Assembly (NCBI GenBank): GCA_964357395.1
Contig: CAYHLC010000002.1
Coordinates: forward strand, 107,033 to 167,675
Source of the DNA: an uncultured Candidatus Saccharibacteria bacterium
GTDB lineage: Bacteria > Patescibacteriota > Minisyncoccia > Phycocordibacterales > Phycocordibacteraceae
DNA length: 60,643 nucleotides
Direction of reading: 5' to 3'
Under the pieces are notes generated by a model that worked only from the letters and a program-made list of their open reading frames with translations, did not search any database and was not told the origin of the DNA. Position numbers and translations under genes: made by a program. Below are positions 8,510 through 16,522 of the stretch, piece by piece. Numbering within the stretch: position 1 is the stretch's first letter; each line of letters begins with the position of its first letter.

Positions 8510-9223
8510 TTAGCATTTTACAGACTTCAGAATATGCTCATACGCCTCGTCCGCCGAGTCGACCACTTGGAACAGTTGCAGGTCCTCCTCGTTGATGGTC
8601 TGGTGCTTGAGGAGGGTGCCCTTGATGTACGCAACGAGCGGCGCCCAGTACTCCTTGCCGTACATGACGATCGGAATCCGCTTGATCTTGTTGGTCTGGA
8701 CCAAGGTAAGGATCTCGAACAGCTCGTCGAGCGTCCCGTACCCACCCGGGAAGAAGACATACACCTCGGACTCGAATGCGAGCATCACTCGCCGAGTAAA
8801 GAAGTAGTTAAACGTCATCGAGTCTGTTGTGTACTTGTTGCCTCCCTGCTCGTGCTGCAGCTTGATGTTGAGTCCGATCGACTTGCCCCCGGCATTGAAG
8901 GCCCCCTTGTTCCCTGCCTCCATAATGCCGGACGCGCCACCCGTAATGATGGCAAAGCCCGACTGAGACAGCTTCCTGGACAGCTCCTCCGCTGCGGCAT
9001 AGACCGATGGGTCGAGGGTATTCCGTGCAGAGCCAAAGAAGGTGGCTGCGAGCCGATACTTACGCAATAAGTCGAATCCGTCCACCAGCTCGGCCATAAT
9101 TTTGAACACGCGCCAAGACTCCATATCCTTGGTATGGTCCACCTTGACCGGGTCGCAGACCTTGAGCTCCCCCTCCATGCGGTGGATGATCGGCGGGACT
9201 ATGCTTCTGTTTGGCTCACTCAC
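8510..9223 (-). CDS. LOG family (TIGR00730) nucleotide phosphoribohydrolase
   Basis: GGASGIMEAGNKGA and PGGYGTLDELFE signature strings. Confidence 0.88.
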   Translation of the reverse strand: MSEPNRSIVPPIIHRMEGELKVCDPVKVDHTKDMESWRVFKIMAELVDGFDLLRKYRLAATFFGSARNTLDPSVYAAAEELSRKLSQSGFAIITGGASGIMEAGNKGAFNAGGKSIGLNIKLQHEQGGNKYTTDSMTFNYFFTRRVMLAFESEVYVFFPGGYGTLDELFEILTLVQTNKIKRIPIVMYGKEYWAPLVAYIKGTLLKHQTINEEDLQLFQVVDSADEAYEHILKSVKC

Positions 9224-9270
9224 CTTCCTATTCTACCGCATCCCGAGGTGAAACCTTGAGATGTTAGGCC

Positions 9271-9873
9271 CTAAGGTTTCACCTCAAACGGGATTGGATA
9301 GATCTCGAACTCGGGCAGCAGCTTTTTGCTATACAAGAGGCGGCTTGCTACCTCGGCGTGGCAGAGGGCGCCGGTAAGTGCGTTATGCGGCTTCGGCTCC
9401 GCAGGAACACCGACGTACGAAAGTATGTAGTCGAGGTTGATAGCCGAGTGGTGGTGGCGGATATCAAACGGAGGGATCTTGCCCTGCAGGGCTATATGCA
9501 TATACGCCATGGTGTGCGTGTCGAGTGTCCGGTGTGGGAACGGGTAGTCGATATGATAGCGCGCGCATGCTGCCTCGATAAAGCCGCGGTCGAACGACGG
9601 GTTCTGCCCCACAAAGGTCCAGTCCCTGCAGTCGGTGGCCCACGCGATGAACGAGCGTACCAGCGCCTCCTCGCTCTGCCATCCGGGGTTCTGTGCCTGT
9701 GCCTCGGTTAGGCCGTTGATGTCGAGGGCCTCCTTCTCAAAGTGGGCGCCCGGGAATGCCCGGCACTCGCCATAAAACTGGTTCGTCCTGTCATCAAAGT
9801 CGAGCGCCCCAATCGCTAGGATGGAGTGCACTTGGGGGTTGGTACCGGTCGTCTCGACATCCAGGACGATCAT
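9271..9873 (-). CDS. DEDD-family 3'-5' exonuclease (DnaQ-like)
   Basis: MIVLDVETTGTNP ExoI motif at the proposed start, and a later H-x4-D type region (NALTGALCHAEV). The ORF-track start at 10002 adds a non-protein-like 43-aa extension. Confidence 0.8.
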   Translation of the reverse strand: MIVLDVETTGTNPQVHSILAIGALDFDDRTNQFYGECRAFPGAHFEKEALDINGLTEAQAQNPGWQSEEALVRSFIAWATDCRDWTFVGQNPSFDRGFIEAACARYHIDYPFPHRTLDTHTMAYMHIALQGKIPPFDIRHHHSAINLDYILSYVGVPAEPKPHNALTGALCHAEVASRLLYSKKLLPEFEIYPIPFEVKP

Positions 9874-10007
9874 ATAGTCTCGATCTTGAAGTCCGAAGGA
9901 CCTGAATAAAAGACTGAGAGTCGCCCCATCTGGAAGGCGGCCAGGGCTACCAAAATGAGAATGGACACTGTGAGCAGCAGTTGCCCGTTTCTGATGAGCC
10001 ATGACAT
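9870..10007 (-). CDS. small single-TM protein, translationally coupled to the exonuclease
   Basis: MSWLIRNGQLLLTVSILILVALAAF. Its stop overlaps the exonuclease ATG in an ATGA. TAAAAT lies 7 nt upstream of its ATG. Confidence 0.45.
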   Translation of the reverse strand: MSWLIRNGQLLLTVSILILVALAAFQMGRLSVFYSGPSDFKIETI

Positions 10008-10060
10008 AAATCCTATTTTAGCACTGGCTTTTCGAGCTGGATGCAAAGGAGCGACCCGAC

Positions 10061-10088
10061 TTGACAAACACTAGGTTAGGCGTACTAT
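10061..10088 (+). promoter_or_regulatory. sigma70-type promoter, leaderless configuration
   Basis: TTGACA-16-TACTAT, then 7 nt to the ATG at 10096. Confidence 0.65.
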
Positions 10089-10095
10089 CCGCCCC

Positions 10096-10383
10096 ATGGA
10101 AGGAGGTCCGACGATACGAGATATGATCCGGTGGACTGCTATAGCATTTGCAGGATCCATGGCCCTGTCGTTCATGATGGCCTCAGCAATAACTGGTGGC
10201 TGGTTTATTGGACAGAAAATGGATGCCCTTTTTGAGTACGCCACTGGAACAGAGATTCCAGACGAGACCAGTCTCTTTGGATTTATTATGGCTGCACTTG
10301 CGATCTATGCAACTACGTTCCGGCAGTCTATACAAGACCCAGTCAAGGTGCCCCAAGCCGTAGCAGAGGCAAAAAAACTATAA
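10096..10383 (+). CDS. small 2-TM membrane protein (hypothetical)
   Basis: 95 aa with two hydrophobic helices and a consensus promoter directly upstream. Confidence 0.6.
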   Translation: MEGGPTIRDMIRWTAIAFAGSMALSFMMASAITGGWFIGQKMDALFEYATGTEIPDETSLFGFIMAALAIYATTFRQSIQDPVKVPQAVAEAKKL

Positions 10384-10387
10384 CTAT

Positions 10388-10663
10388 ATGGACAGAGATC
10401 GAATATGGTATCGCCCGGGGATGGGAGAAGTCGCAATGGCAATATTCCAAATGGCCTCTCTGGCCATTGGCGGTAGGATCCTTGGCGTTACGATCGAGAG
10501 CGGAGTCGTACCTCTTGAGTTCGGTAGTGTGGCAGACAACCTTGCCAAGGTAGTTGCTGCCATACTGGGCGCCGGTGCCGCGCTCACCATTGGTAACTTC
10601 TTTCGGCCATTCAATATTGCTAACTCGTACCGGACATTAGTCATCCATAACAGCGATGCCTAA
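10388..10663 (+). CDS. small 2-TM membrane protein (hypothetical)
   Basis: 91 aa with two hydrophobic helices, 4 nt after the previous gene. Confidence 0.55.
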   Translation: MDRDRIWYRPGMGEVAMAIFQMASLAIGGRILGVTIESGVVPLEFGSVADNLAKVVAAILGAGAALTIGNFFRPFNIANSYRTLVIHNSDA

Positions 10664-10832
10664 CTACGAACAGGTGGCGCTCTATGGAGGCGGTGCACTT
10701 TTAGCACTTGCCGTAGTCTTCCTATTGGTCAAGAGATACCGTGCCTCTGTCAAAGCAGAGCGAGAGGAATGGGAGAGGCTGGGCAAGGTGTCTGACGAAA
10801 GGCGCCAACGAGTCAGTGACTTCCTTAGCTAG
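10656..10832 (+). CDS. small single-TM protein (hypothetical, below ORF-track cutoff)
   Basis: Hand-translated 58 aa: MPNYEQVALYGGGALLALAVVFLLVKRY followed by a charged tail. Its ATG overlaps the end of the previous gene by 8 nt. Confidence 0.4.
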   Translation: MPNYEQVALYGGGALLALAVVFLLVKRYRASVKAEREEWERLGKVSDERRQRVSDFLS

Positions 10833-10890
10833 AGTCCCCACTCCCCCTTGAACTAAGGAGGGCAATACGGTATTATAGCCCCACAGAGAT

Positions 10891-11169
10891 ATGGCAACCA
10901 AAAAAGCCGGCGGATCAGCCAAAAACATATCCTACAACAACCCCCAGTACCTGGGAGTTAAGTTGTATGCAGGAGAGAAGGCCAATACAGGCAACGTCAT
11001 CATCCGCCAGCGTGGCACCAAGTTTGTCGCAGGCAAGGGCACTGCGGTTGGTAAGGACGACACCATTTTTGCAATGAAGGCCGGAGTAGTCTCGTACCGC
11101 TCGGTACGCCGCACCAAGTACGATGGCTCCACCGTCCGCCGCCAGGCCGTCGACGTCTTGTCTAAATAG
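10891..11169 (+). CDS. rpmA: 50S ribosomal protein L27
   Basis: KKAGGSAKN, GVKLYAGE and IIRQRGTKF strings. Promoter TTGAAC-17-TATTAT upstream. Confidence 0.95.
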   Translation: MATKKAGGSAKNISYNNPQYLGVKLYAGEKANTGNVIIRQRGTKFVAGKGTAVGKDDTIFAMKAGVVSYRSVRRTKYDGSTVRRQAVDVLSK

Positions 11170-11223
11170 CGCAACCCATAGGCAGTTTGACAAGTACCAT
11201 AAATAGGTACATAGTATGCAGGT

Positions 11224-11505
11224 ATGAAATCTGAACGACTGTTCTTCGAATCTGGCCAATGGGCATACCGGGGCACACTCGTTGGAGCGGCTTACCTTCT
11301 GATTTCTGGGCTCATTGTCGGGGTTTGGGAAGAGAAAGGCTTGGATTGGTTCACTATAGACATTCCTGCTGGTGCTATTGCAGGTAGTGCTTTAGGCGCA
11401 TTGGCTGGCTTTCTGAGCAAGACCTTTCTCAATGGAATGATGCTGGGGTTGGGAGGAGATGTTGGGGGTCCTGATGATCGCGACAACGATTTAGTAAACA
11501 CATAA
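11224..11505 (+). CDS. small 2-TM membrane protein (hypothetical)
   Basis: 93 aa with two hydrophobic helices. TTGACA promoter at 11187. Confidence 0.55.
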   Translation: MKSERLFFESGQWAYRGTLVGAAYLLISGLIVGVWEEKGLDWFTIDIPAGAIAGSALGALAGFLSKTFLNGMMLGLGGDVGGPDDRDNDLVNT

Positions 11506-11512
11506 ATTACAT

Positions 11513-11824
11513 ATGAGTGCAACTGAAGGGCAGGAATCATACGATGATAATGAGACCAAGGAGACTTTCCGAGTCATCATTTCATTCGCTGCATTTGCAG
11601 TAGCCTGTGGGGTACTGTTGTTGGCTACTGGAATGATGCATGATGATGCAGCGGTGACGGGCATTGATACAAGAGAGATGACCTTTGGCGCTTTGCTACT
11701 AATTCCGGCGGGACTCGCTGTGTTGTTTTTTGGAGCATTGAGAGGTAGACCTTGGGCCATTAACACTTTGCGGAAGTATGAGGAACTGCAAGAGTATGAC
11801 AATCGGGATAGGAGCGAAGAATAA
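11513..11824 (+). CDS. small 2-TM membrane protein, paralog of 11839..12159
   Basis: Two helices. C-terminus QEYDNRDRSEE resembles EDYNRDRLDEE of the next gene. Confidence 0.6.
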   Translation: MSATEGQESYDDNETKETFRVIISFAAFAVACGVLLLATGMMHDDAAVTGIDTREMTFGALLLIPAGLAVLFFGALRGRPWAINTLRKYEELQEYDNRDRSEE

Positions 11825-11838
11825 ATGCGTAACTCAAT

Positions 11839-12159
11839 ATGCGAGATTCAATTGAACAGGGAAAAATTAGGCAACGGACGAGGGAGAGACTTATGTGGGA
11901 TGTCGCGTTTTTTGCAACAGCCGTAGGTATACTGGCTGAGGGAGCTGGCCTGGTGAATGTTGATCCATTACGTTTTGATAGTTTTTTGGGTGAAGTAGAG
12001 GGTACTAACACATATCTCGCACTAGGCGGCCTTTTCCTACTGTCAAGCGTATTGGCAGTTATTGCCACTTTTGGGTCTGCTTTCGGGGCAACCAGGCGGC
12101 TGGAAACGAAGCGGATTGAGGATTACAATCGCGATAGATTGGACGAAGAGTTTGGCTAA
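11839..12159 (+). CDS. small 2-TM membrane protein, paralog of 11513..11824
   Basis: Two helices and the shared acidic Y-N/D-R-D-R tail. Confidence 0.6.
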   Translation: MRDSIEQGKIRQRTRERLMWDVAFFATAVGILAEGAGLVNVDPLRFDSFLGEVEGTNTYLALGGLFLLSSVLAVIATFGSAFGATRRLETKRIEDYNRDRLDEEFG

Positions 12160-12171
12160 TCAATCTCCCCC

Positions 12172-12192
12172 ACCGCCCACCGAGGGCGGTTT
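12172..12192 (+). terminator. probable intrinsic terminator
   Basis: ACCGCCC-ACCGA-GGGCGGT followed by a short T run. Confidence 0.5.
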
Positions 12193-12216
12193 ACTGAACG
12201 GCCGCCACGGTTCTGT

Positions 12217-12245
12217 TTGACAATAAGCTTTTGCTGCTGTATAAT
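12217..12245 (+). promoter_or_regulatory. consensus sigma70 promoter
   Basis: TTGACA-17-TATAAT, a perfect consensus, about 40 nt upstream of the ATG at 12288. Confidence 0.75.
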
Positions 12246-12287
12246 AGCCGTAACTAGACATTACTAACTTAAGTACTGTAAGTAGAT

Positions 12288-12623
12288 ATGACACTAACCG
12301 CAACAGCAGAGCAGGCACAGCAGGAAGTCGGCCGCCCAGGATCGTACCTCGCGTGGGCACTTATGTTCGGCGTTGGTTCTGCACTCATCGCTCGCTACTT
12401 CCTACTTTCTGAAGCGCTTGAGTCCGGCTATACAGAAGGCTTTACTGATCCTAGTGGTCGCGTAAGCTACGAGGTCCTCGGACTCACCGTCGCATCCGAG
12501 CGACCAGAGATCATGCGCGAGCTAGTGGACGGCGCCCGCACGACTGGATTCCTAGGCCTCTTTGTAGCTGCGCTCGGAGCAGGTGGAGCGTGGCACCGCT
12601 TCAGCACCGGACCAAAGAACTAA
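12288..12623 (+). CDS. small 2-TM membrane protein (hypothetical)
   Basis: 111 aa with two hydrophobic helices, downstream of the perfect promoter. Confidence 0.6.
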   Translation: MTLTATAEQAQQEVGRPGSYLAWALMFGVGSALIARYFLLSEALESGYTEGFTDPSGRVSYEVLGLTVASERPEIMRELVDGARTTGFLGLFVAALGAGGAWHRFSTGPKN

Positions 12624-12633
12624 CACAACAATC

Positions 12634-12738
12634 CCCTGGTTTAAGGATAAGGAGTTTGGTGAATCACTCTTCTCTCTTGCAGCAGCTGCCTGGGCACTCC
12701 TCGTCTGGCACGTGATCAGCCACGCTCGCAAGGCCTAG
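12634..12738 (+). pseudogene. start-less relic homologous to the 3' end of gene 12880..13107
   Basis: Reads PWFKDKEFGESLFSLAAAAWALLVWHVISHARKA*, compared with VPWFADKEFDDTLFNLAGWLAWGLLAWHVISHARKG* in the intact gene. No start codon in frame. Confidence 0.75.
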
Positions 12739-12827
12739 CTGACAAGAACAGTTACGGTAGCGGTGCTACCAGCAAGAGTTAGACCTACTTCGTGTGGGCC
12801 TTTCTGCTTTATTGGGTGGTGGAGAAA
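12735..12827 (-). pseudogene. relic of the 3' end of rplI (L9)
   Basis: Reads HHPIKQKGPHEVGLTLAGSTATVTVLVS*, compared with DHPIKQKGTHQVPISLDGSTATVVVSV* at the true L9 C-terminus. Includes the identical 17-mer ctgctttattgggtggt. Confidence 0.8.
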
Positions 12828-12844
12828 TGTAACTAGCGCCCAGT

Positions 12845-12873
12845 TTGACAAGTAGTACTTATGAGAGTACAAA
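12845..12873 (+). promoter_or_regulatory. sigma70-type promoter, leaderless configuration
   Basis: TTGACA-17-TACAAA, then 6 nt to the ATG at 12880. Confidence 0.6.
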
Positions 12874-12879
12874 CACATT

Positions 12880-13107
12880 ATGACGGAACAGAAGTTTTGG
12901 GCACCAAACATGAAGCGGGCGGGGCTCGAGTTTGCCATCGGCTCCGTGCTTATAGCTGGAGTCAGATCGGCAGGCAACGGAGCGCTCGAGTCCCTCGTCC
13001 CATGGTTCGCAGACAAGGAGTTTGATGACACACTCTTCAACCTCGCTGGATGGCTGGCTTGGGGACTCCTAGCCTGGCACGTTATCAGTCACGCACGTAA
13101 GGGCTAA
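12880..13107 (+). CDS. small 2-TM membrane protein (hypothetical)
   Basis: 75 aa with two helices. The intact copy of relic 12634..12738. Confidence 0.6.
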   Translation: MTEQKFWAPNMKRAGLEFAIGSVLIAGVRSAGNGALESLVPWFADKEFDDTLFNLAGWLAWGLLAWHVISHARKG

Positions 13108-13116
13108 CAAATTGTT

Positions 13117-13446
13117 ATGAGGCCAGGACACAGAACTGCAGAAGGATACTGGCGGAATGAACCAGCAAGCCCAGTTACTGTCGCAGTCGGTTCTGCGGCT
13201 GTACTCATACCCTTGTATCCAATTGTAGCTTTCACGGCATTTTCCATTGCAAATGGGAGCGGACTTCCTGCCTATAGCGAGGGCGGTACGCTATTCACTC
13301 CAAACGACAGCGTGGAGGTTGCATCCCTAGCCGTACTAATAACTGCGATCTTGCCAGCACTTTTGTGGCTTTCTGTATACCCCGCTGCGCGGCGTTCATA
13401 CAATGAGAGCTACCGGACGCGGCAAGTGGATGACGAAGAAAACTAG
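13117..13446 (+). CDS. small 2-TM membrane protein (hypothetical)
   Basis: 109 aa with two helices. Its stop shares CTAG with the rplI stop. Confidence 0.55.
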   Translation: MRPGHRTAEGYWRNEPASPVTVAVGSAAVLIPLYPIVAFTAFSIANGSGLPAYSEGGTLFTPNDSVEVASLAVLITAILPALLWLSVYPAARRSYNESYRTRQVDDEEN

Positions 13447-13877
13447 ACACTAACAACTACAGTGGCGGTGGAGCCGTCGAGGCTGATGGGCACCTGATGG
13501 GTGCCTTTTTGCTTTATTGGGTGGTCGAGTAGAACGGCCGACTCGGGCACGGTGACGCTGAGCTCTGACTTAAGGGCGGTAACGATGTCGGACTCGTGCA
13601 GCGACTTGAACAGGGTTCCTGTCTCGCTCGACTTCGCTGTTATCGTAATAGTCTTGCCATCGATCTGCGCTAGTACTGCGCGCGCCTGCGCAGCGCCCTG
13701 GTCTGCCCTGCCCTTGGCCTCCGCAGCAGCCTTCTCATACTTCTTCAGGTTGTCTGCAGTACCCGGCACCGCCTTGCCCTGCGGAATCAGGACGTTCATT
13801 GCGTAGCCGTCCGCTACAGTAATCAGCTGCCCCCGCACCCCCACCTTCTTTACATCAATTGTGAGTATCACCTTCAT
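13443..13877 (-). CDS. rplI: 50S ribosomal protein L9
   Basis: MKVILTIDVKKVGVRGQLITVADGYAMNVLIPQGKAV N-terminal domain. Confidence 0.93.
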   Translation of the reverse strand: MKVILTIDVKKVGVRGQLITVADGYAMNVLIPQGKAVPGTADNLKKYEKAAAEAKGRADQGAAQARAVLAQIDGKTITITAKSSETGTLFKSLHESDIVTALKSELSVTVPESAVLLDHPIKQKGTHQVPISLDGSTATVVVSV

Positions 13878-13916
13878 ATAGTTGAGTCTACCCTACGCGT
13901 ATGCTAGCGTAAAGGC

Positions 13917-14213
13917 ATGAACAAACAACCATGGGAGGCGCGTAGTCCTTTGGAAAAGGCGCATAGCGCCACGCTTGCAGTTGCCATCGGGTCGGCCATT
14001 GTGTCGGCTCTTTTTGTATCTGTCGATCTTCTTGCTGATAACGTACTGGATGGCGGCACAATCGAGACCCGCGCCCTCGCTCTTGCCGGCCTCTCGGGCG
14101 TCATTGCACTAGCCCTCGGCTGGTGGATCAAGCGCTCTGCGCACCAGGAGCGCGTACAGCTACTTGGTAGCGAGAGCAACGCGCAAGAGTGGGAACGCGC
14201 CCACGGCCTCTAA
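13917..14213 (+). CDS. small 2-TM membrane protein (hypothetical)
   Basis: 98 aa with two hydrophobic helices. Confidence 0.55.
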   Translation: MNKQPWEARSPLEKAHSATLAVAIGSAIVSALFVSVDLLADNVLDGGTIETRALALAGLSGVIALALGWWIKRSAHQERVQLLGSESNAQEWERAHGL

Positions 14214-15467
14214 CTATTTGCCAGTATTCAGGAACTCGACAGCTCTATCGAGCTGCGGGTCCTTGTCCCCTTCCCTATCCTCAGCGGTGATCTTGACCTC
14301 TATGTCCGGGGTGAGGCCCTGGTGCGATATCGATGTGCCGTTCGGAGTGAGCCAGCGCGCAACCGTAATCTTGAGCTGCGTCGTCTCGGTAACATCAAAG
14401 AGTTGCTGCACCGAGCCCTTGCCGAACGATTGGGTGCCGATCAGTGTTGCGCGGCCGTGGTCCTTCATCGCGCCAGCCATAATCTCGGAAGCAGAGGCCG
14501 ACCCGCCGTCGATGAGTATTACTATCTTGATATCCTTGTTCTGCAGGGAGCCGAAGCCAGCAGACTTGTAGGTGGTGTCCTGTCTGTCGCCACCATAATC
14601 AGAGGTGACAATAAGTTCGCCTGCGGGCAAAAACCAGCTCACCATATCCGCTGCAGACTCGAGGAACCCGCCTGGGTTGCCGCGGAGGTCGATAATCAGC
14701 TTATCCTTGCCGGATGCGATGAAGGTTTGTATCGCATCCGCAAAGAGCTGCGGAGACATACCGTTGAAGCTGTACAGCTGTATGTAGTAGATCCCGTCGT
14801 CCCGCATCGTGGCGTCTAGTGTAGGAAGCACGATGGTGTCGCGTGTCACCTTGATCTCGAACTCCGCGCCATCGTCCTTGCCCTCGCGAGCGAGGGAGAG
14901 TGTCACCACAGTGCCGCCCTTGCCGCGGATGTGGCCAACTGCTTCGTCAACTGCCATGTTGAGGGTCGACTCACCGTCGATCTTGAGTATCAGGTCTCCA
15001 CTCTTGATGCCTGCGCGGAAAGCGGGTGTGTCCTTGATCGGTGCGATGACGGTCAGTATGCCGTTCCGCTTACCGATTTCCATACCGACGCCCTCGAAGC
15101 CGCCTGCGACCTCGGTCTCGAATATCTGCTTCTGCACTGGCGGAAGGAATACCGTGTAATCATCGCCATACGCTGCTGCTAATCCTTGGATGGCACCCCA
15201 GAGCTTATCCTCTGCTTCGATGACTGCGGTGGTCGTCGCTGGTGCGAAGTGCTCGTTAAGCAAGTTCCATGACGAAAAAAATGGTGCGAGGTCCACCTGC
15301 TCGGGCGCGCGCGCGTCGTAGATAGGCTGGCGGAAGCTGGCGGTCGCGCTGCCTGCATAAAAGCCGGCCCCTCCAATAACCACAACGGCAATAACGATCT
15401 GAGTTACAGATACCTGTAACTTTTTTTGTACCCATCCTTGCGGCGTCTTAAGCTCTAGTTGCTCCAT
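14214..15467 (-). CDS. ctp: C-terminal processing peptidase (S41, Ctp/Prc-like) with PDZ domain
   Basis: RGNPGGFLESA and LIDGGSASASEIMAGA motifs. Start set at MEQLELK (15467) because the longer ORF runs into corA. Confidence 0.9.
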   Translation of the reverse strand: MEQLELKTPQGWVQKKLQVSVTQIVIAVVVIGGAGFYAGSATASFRQPIYDARAPEQVDLAPFFSSWNLLNEHFAPATTTAVIEAEDKLWGAIQGLAAAYGDDYTVFLPPVQKQIFETEVAGGFEGVGMEIGKRNGILTVIAPIKDTPAFRAGIKSGDLILKIDGESTLNMAVDEAVGHIRGKGGTVVTLSLAREGKDDGAEFEIKVTRDTIVLPTLDATMRDDGIYYIQLYSFNGMSPQLFADAIQTFIASGKDKLIIDLRGNPGGFLESAADMVSWFLPAGELIVTSDYGGDRQDTTYKSAGFGSLQNKDIKIVILIDGGSASASEIMAGAMKDHGRATLIGTQSFGKGSVQQLFDVTETTQLKITVARWLTPNGTSISHQGLTPDIEVKITAEDREGDKDPQLDRAVEFLNTGK

Positions 15468-15486
15468 ACCAAAGTATAATAGCATT

Positions 15487-16401
15487 ATGATTACACGATA
15501 CGAGCACCAAGGCGTGCAGTGGCTTGATGTCGAGCGGCCAACGCCCGAGGAGGCAGATGCGCTTGCCGAGGAGTTTGGCTTGGGCCCCGTCGTGATACAA
15601 GAGATCACCACACCGACCATGAAGCCACGTGTCGACCTGTACCCAAACTTCATCTACCTCGTACTCCACTTCCCCGCTTATCGTGACACGCGCGGTGCGC
15701 AGGCAGACCACGAGGTAGACCTCGTCGTCGGCAAGAACTTCATACTCACCGTGCACTACGAGACAGTGCCTGCGATACATGACTTTGCTCGCTCGTTCGA
15801 GACGGCCATGCTGCTCAAGAAGCCGAAGAGCGGCTTTCATAGTGGACACGTGATATTTGAGCTCGCGCACCGCCTGTACCAATCGGTTGATCATGAGCTG
15901 GATGCCGTGGAAGAGTCGGTAGCCAAGATCGAGAGGGCGATCTTCTCCCGTCGCGAGCGCGAGATGGTGGCACCTATCTCCACCATGACTCGAGAGCTCC
16001 TGAACCATCGACGCCTTATTGGCAACCAGGAGGAGACGCTCAGGGAGTTCGAGAAGGCGGGCGCGTCGCTCTTTGGCGACACGTTCCGTAGCTATATGTC
16101 GACCATGACGGCGCTGCATTACCGAGTCTTCAATCGTGCGCAGATGCTGATGGATACCCTTGGCGAGCTGCGCAGTACCAACGACTCTTTGATGTCCACC
16201 AAGCAGAACGAGATCATGAAAAACCTGACCATCATGGCCTCGGTCATACTGCCGCTCTCCCTTGTTGCGTCGATGTTTGGTATGAATACGGAGCACAACC
16301 CCTTTGTCGGCAACCCGAACGACTTTTGGATTGTCGCAGGGATTATGGTCATTGTCGGTCTCCTGGTCATGATCTACTTCCAGTTCAAACGCTGGTTCTA
16401 A
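15487..16401 (+). CDS. corA: CorA-family magnesium/cobalt transporter
   Basis: MFGMNTEHNPF (GMN motif) followed by two C-terminal TM helices. Confidence 0.92.
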   Translation: MITRYEHQGVQWLDVERPTPEEADALAEEFGLGPVVIQEITTPTMKPRVDLYPNFIYLVLHFPAYRDTRGAQADHEVDLVVGKNFILTVHYETVPAIHDFARSFETAMLLKKPKSGFHSGHVIFELAHRLYQSVDHELDAVEESVAKIERAIFSRREREMVAPISTMTRELLNHRRLIGNQEETLREFEKAGASLFGDTFRSYMSTMTALHYRVFNRAQMLMDTLGELRSTNDSLMSTKQNEIMKNLTIMASVILPLSLVASMFGMNTEHNPFVGNPNDFWIVAGIMVIVGLLVMIYFQFKRWF

Positions 16402-16403
16402 GC

Positions 16404-16499
16404 TAGGGTGTAGCCACTAGGGTATAGGGTTTAGACAAGAGGCTAATTAAGGGGATAAGGCAGTTGAAAACCTCGCTATTGGCTAAACCCTAGTGGCTA
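16404..16499. repeat. TAGGGT-rich inverted repeat, related to 40575..40598
   Basis: TAGCCACTAGGGTATAGGGTTTAG (16411..16434) and the inverted CTAAACCCTAGTGGCTA (16483..16499). A third TAGGGT at 16404. Confidence 0.7.
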
Positions 16500-16522
16500 G
16501 TGCCTACCTGTATACTTTGGTA

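Noticed and set aside
14214-15653. N-terminally extended versions of ctp (to 15653), greA (to 32089), mrdA (to 33926), the second mreB (to 42839), murA (to 44112) and the 58537 gene (to 59034).
   Set aside because: The extensions run into neighbouring genes or promoters and look non-protein-like. Conserved N-termini begin at internal Met codons, several with ATGA coupling.
16411-16434. The holB-end-like 24-mer was considered as a third integration scar of the fmt/rplI type.
   Set aside because: It is 24 kb from holB and only about 24 nt long. It coincides with promoter-proximal positions at both loci. It is therefore reported as a repeat or regulatory candidate rather than a scar.
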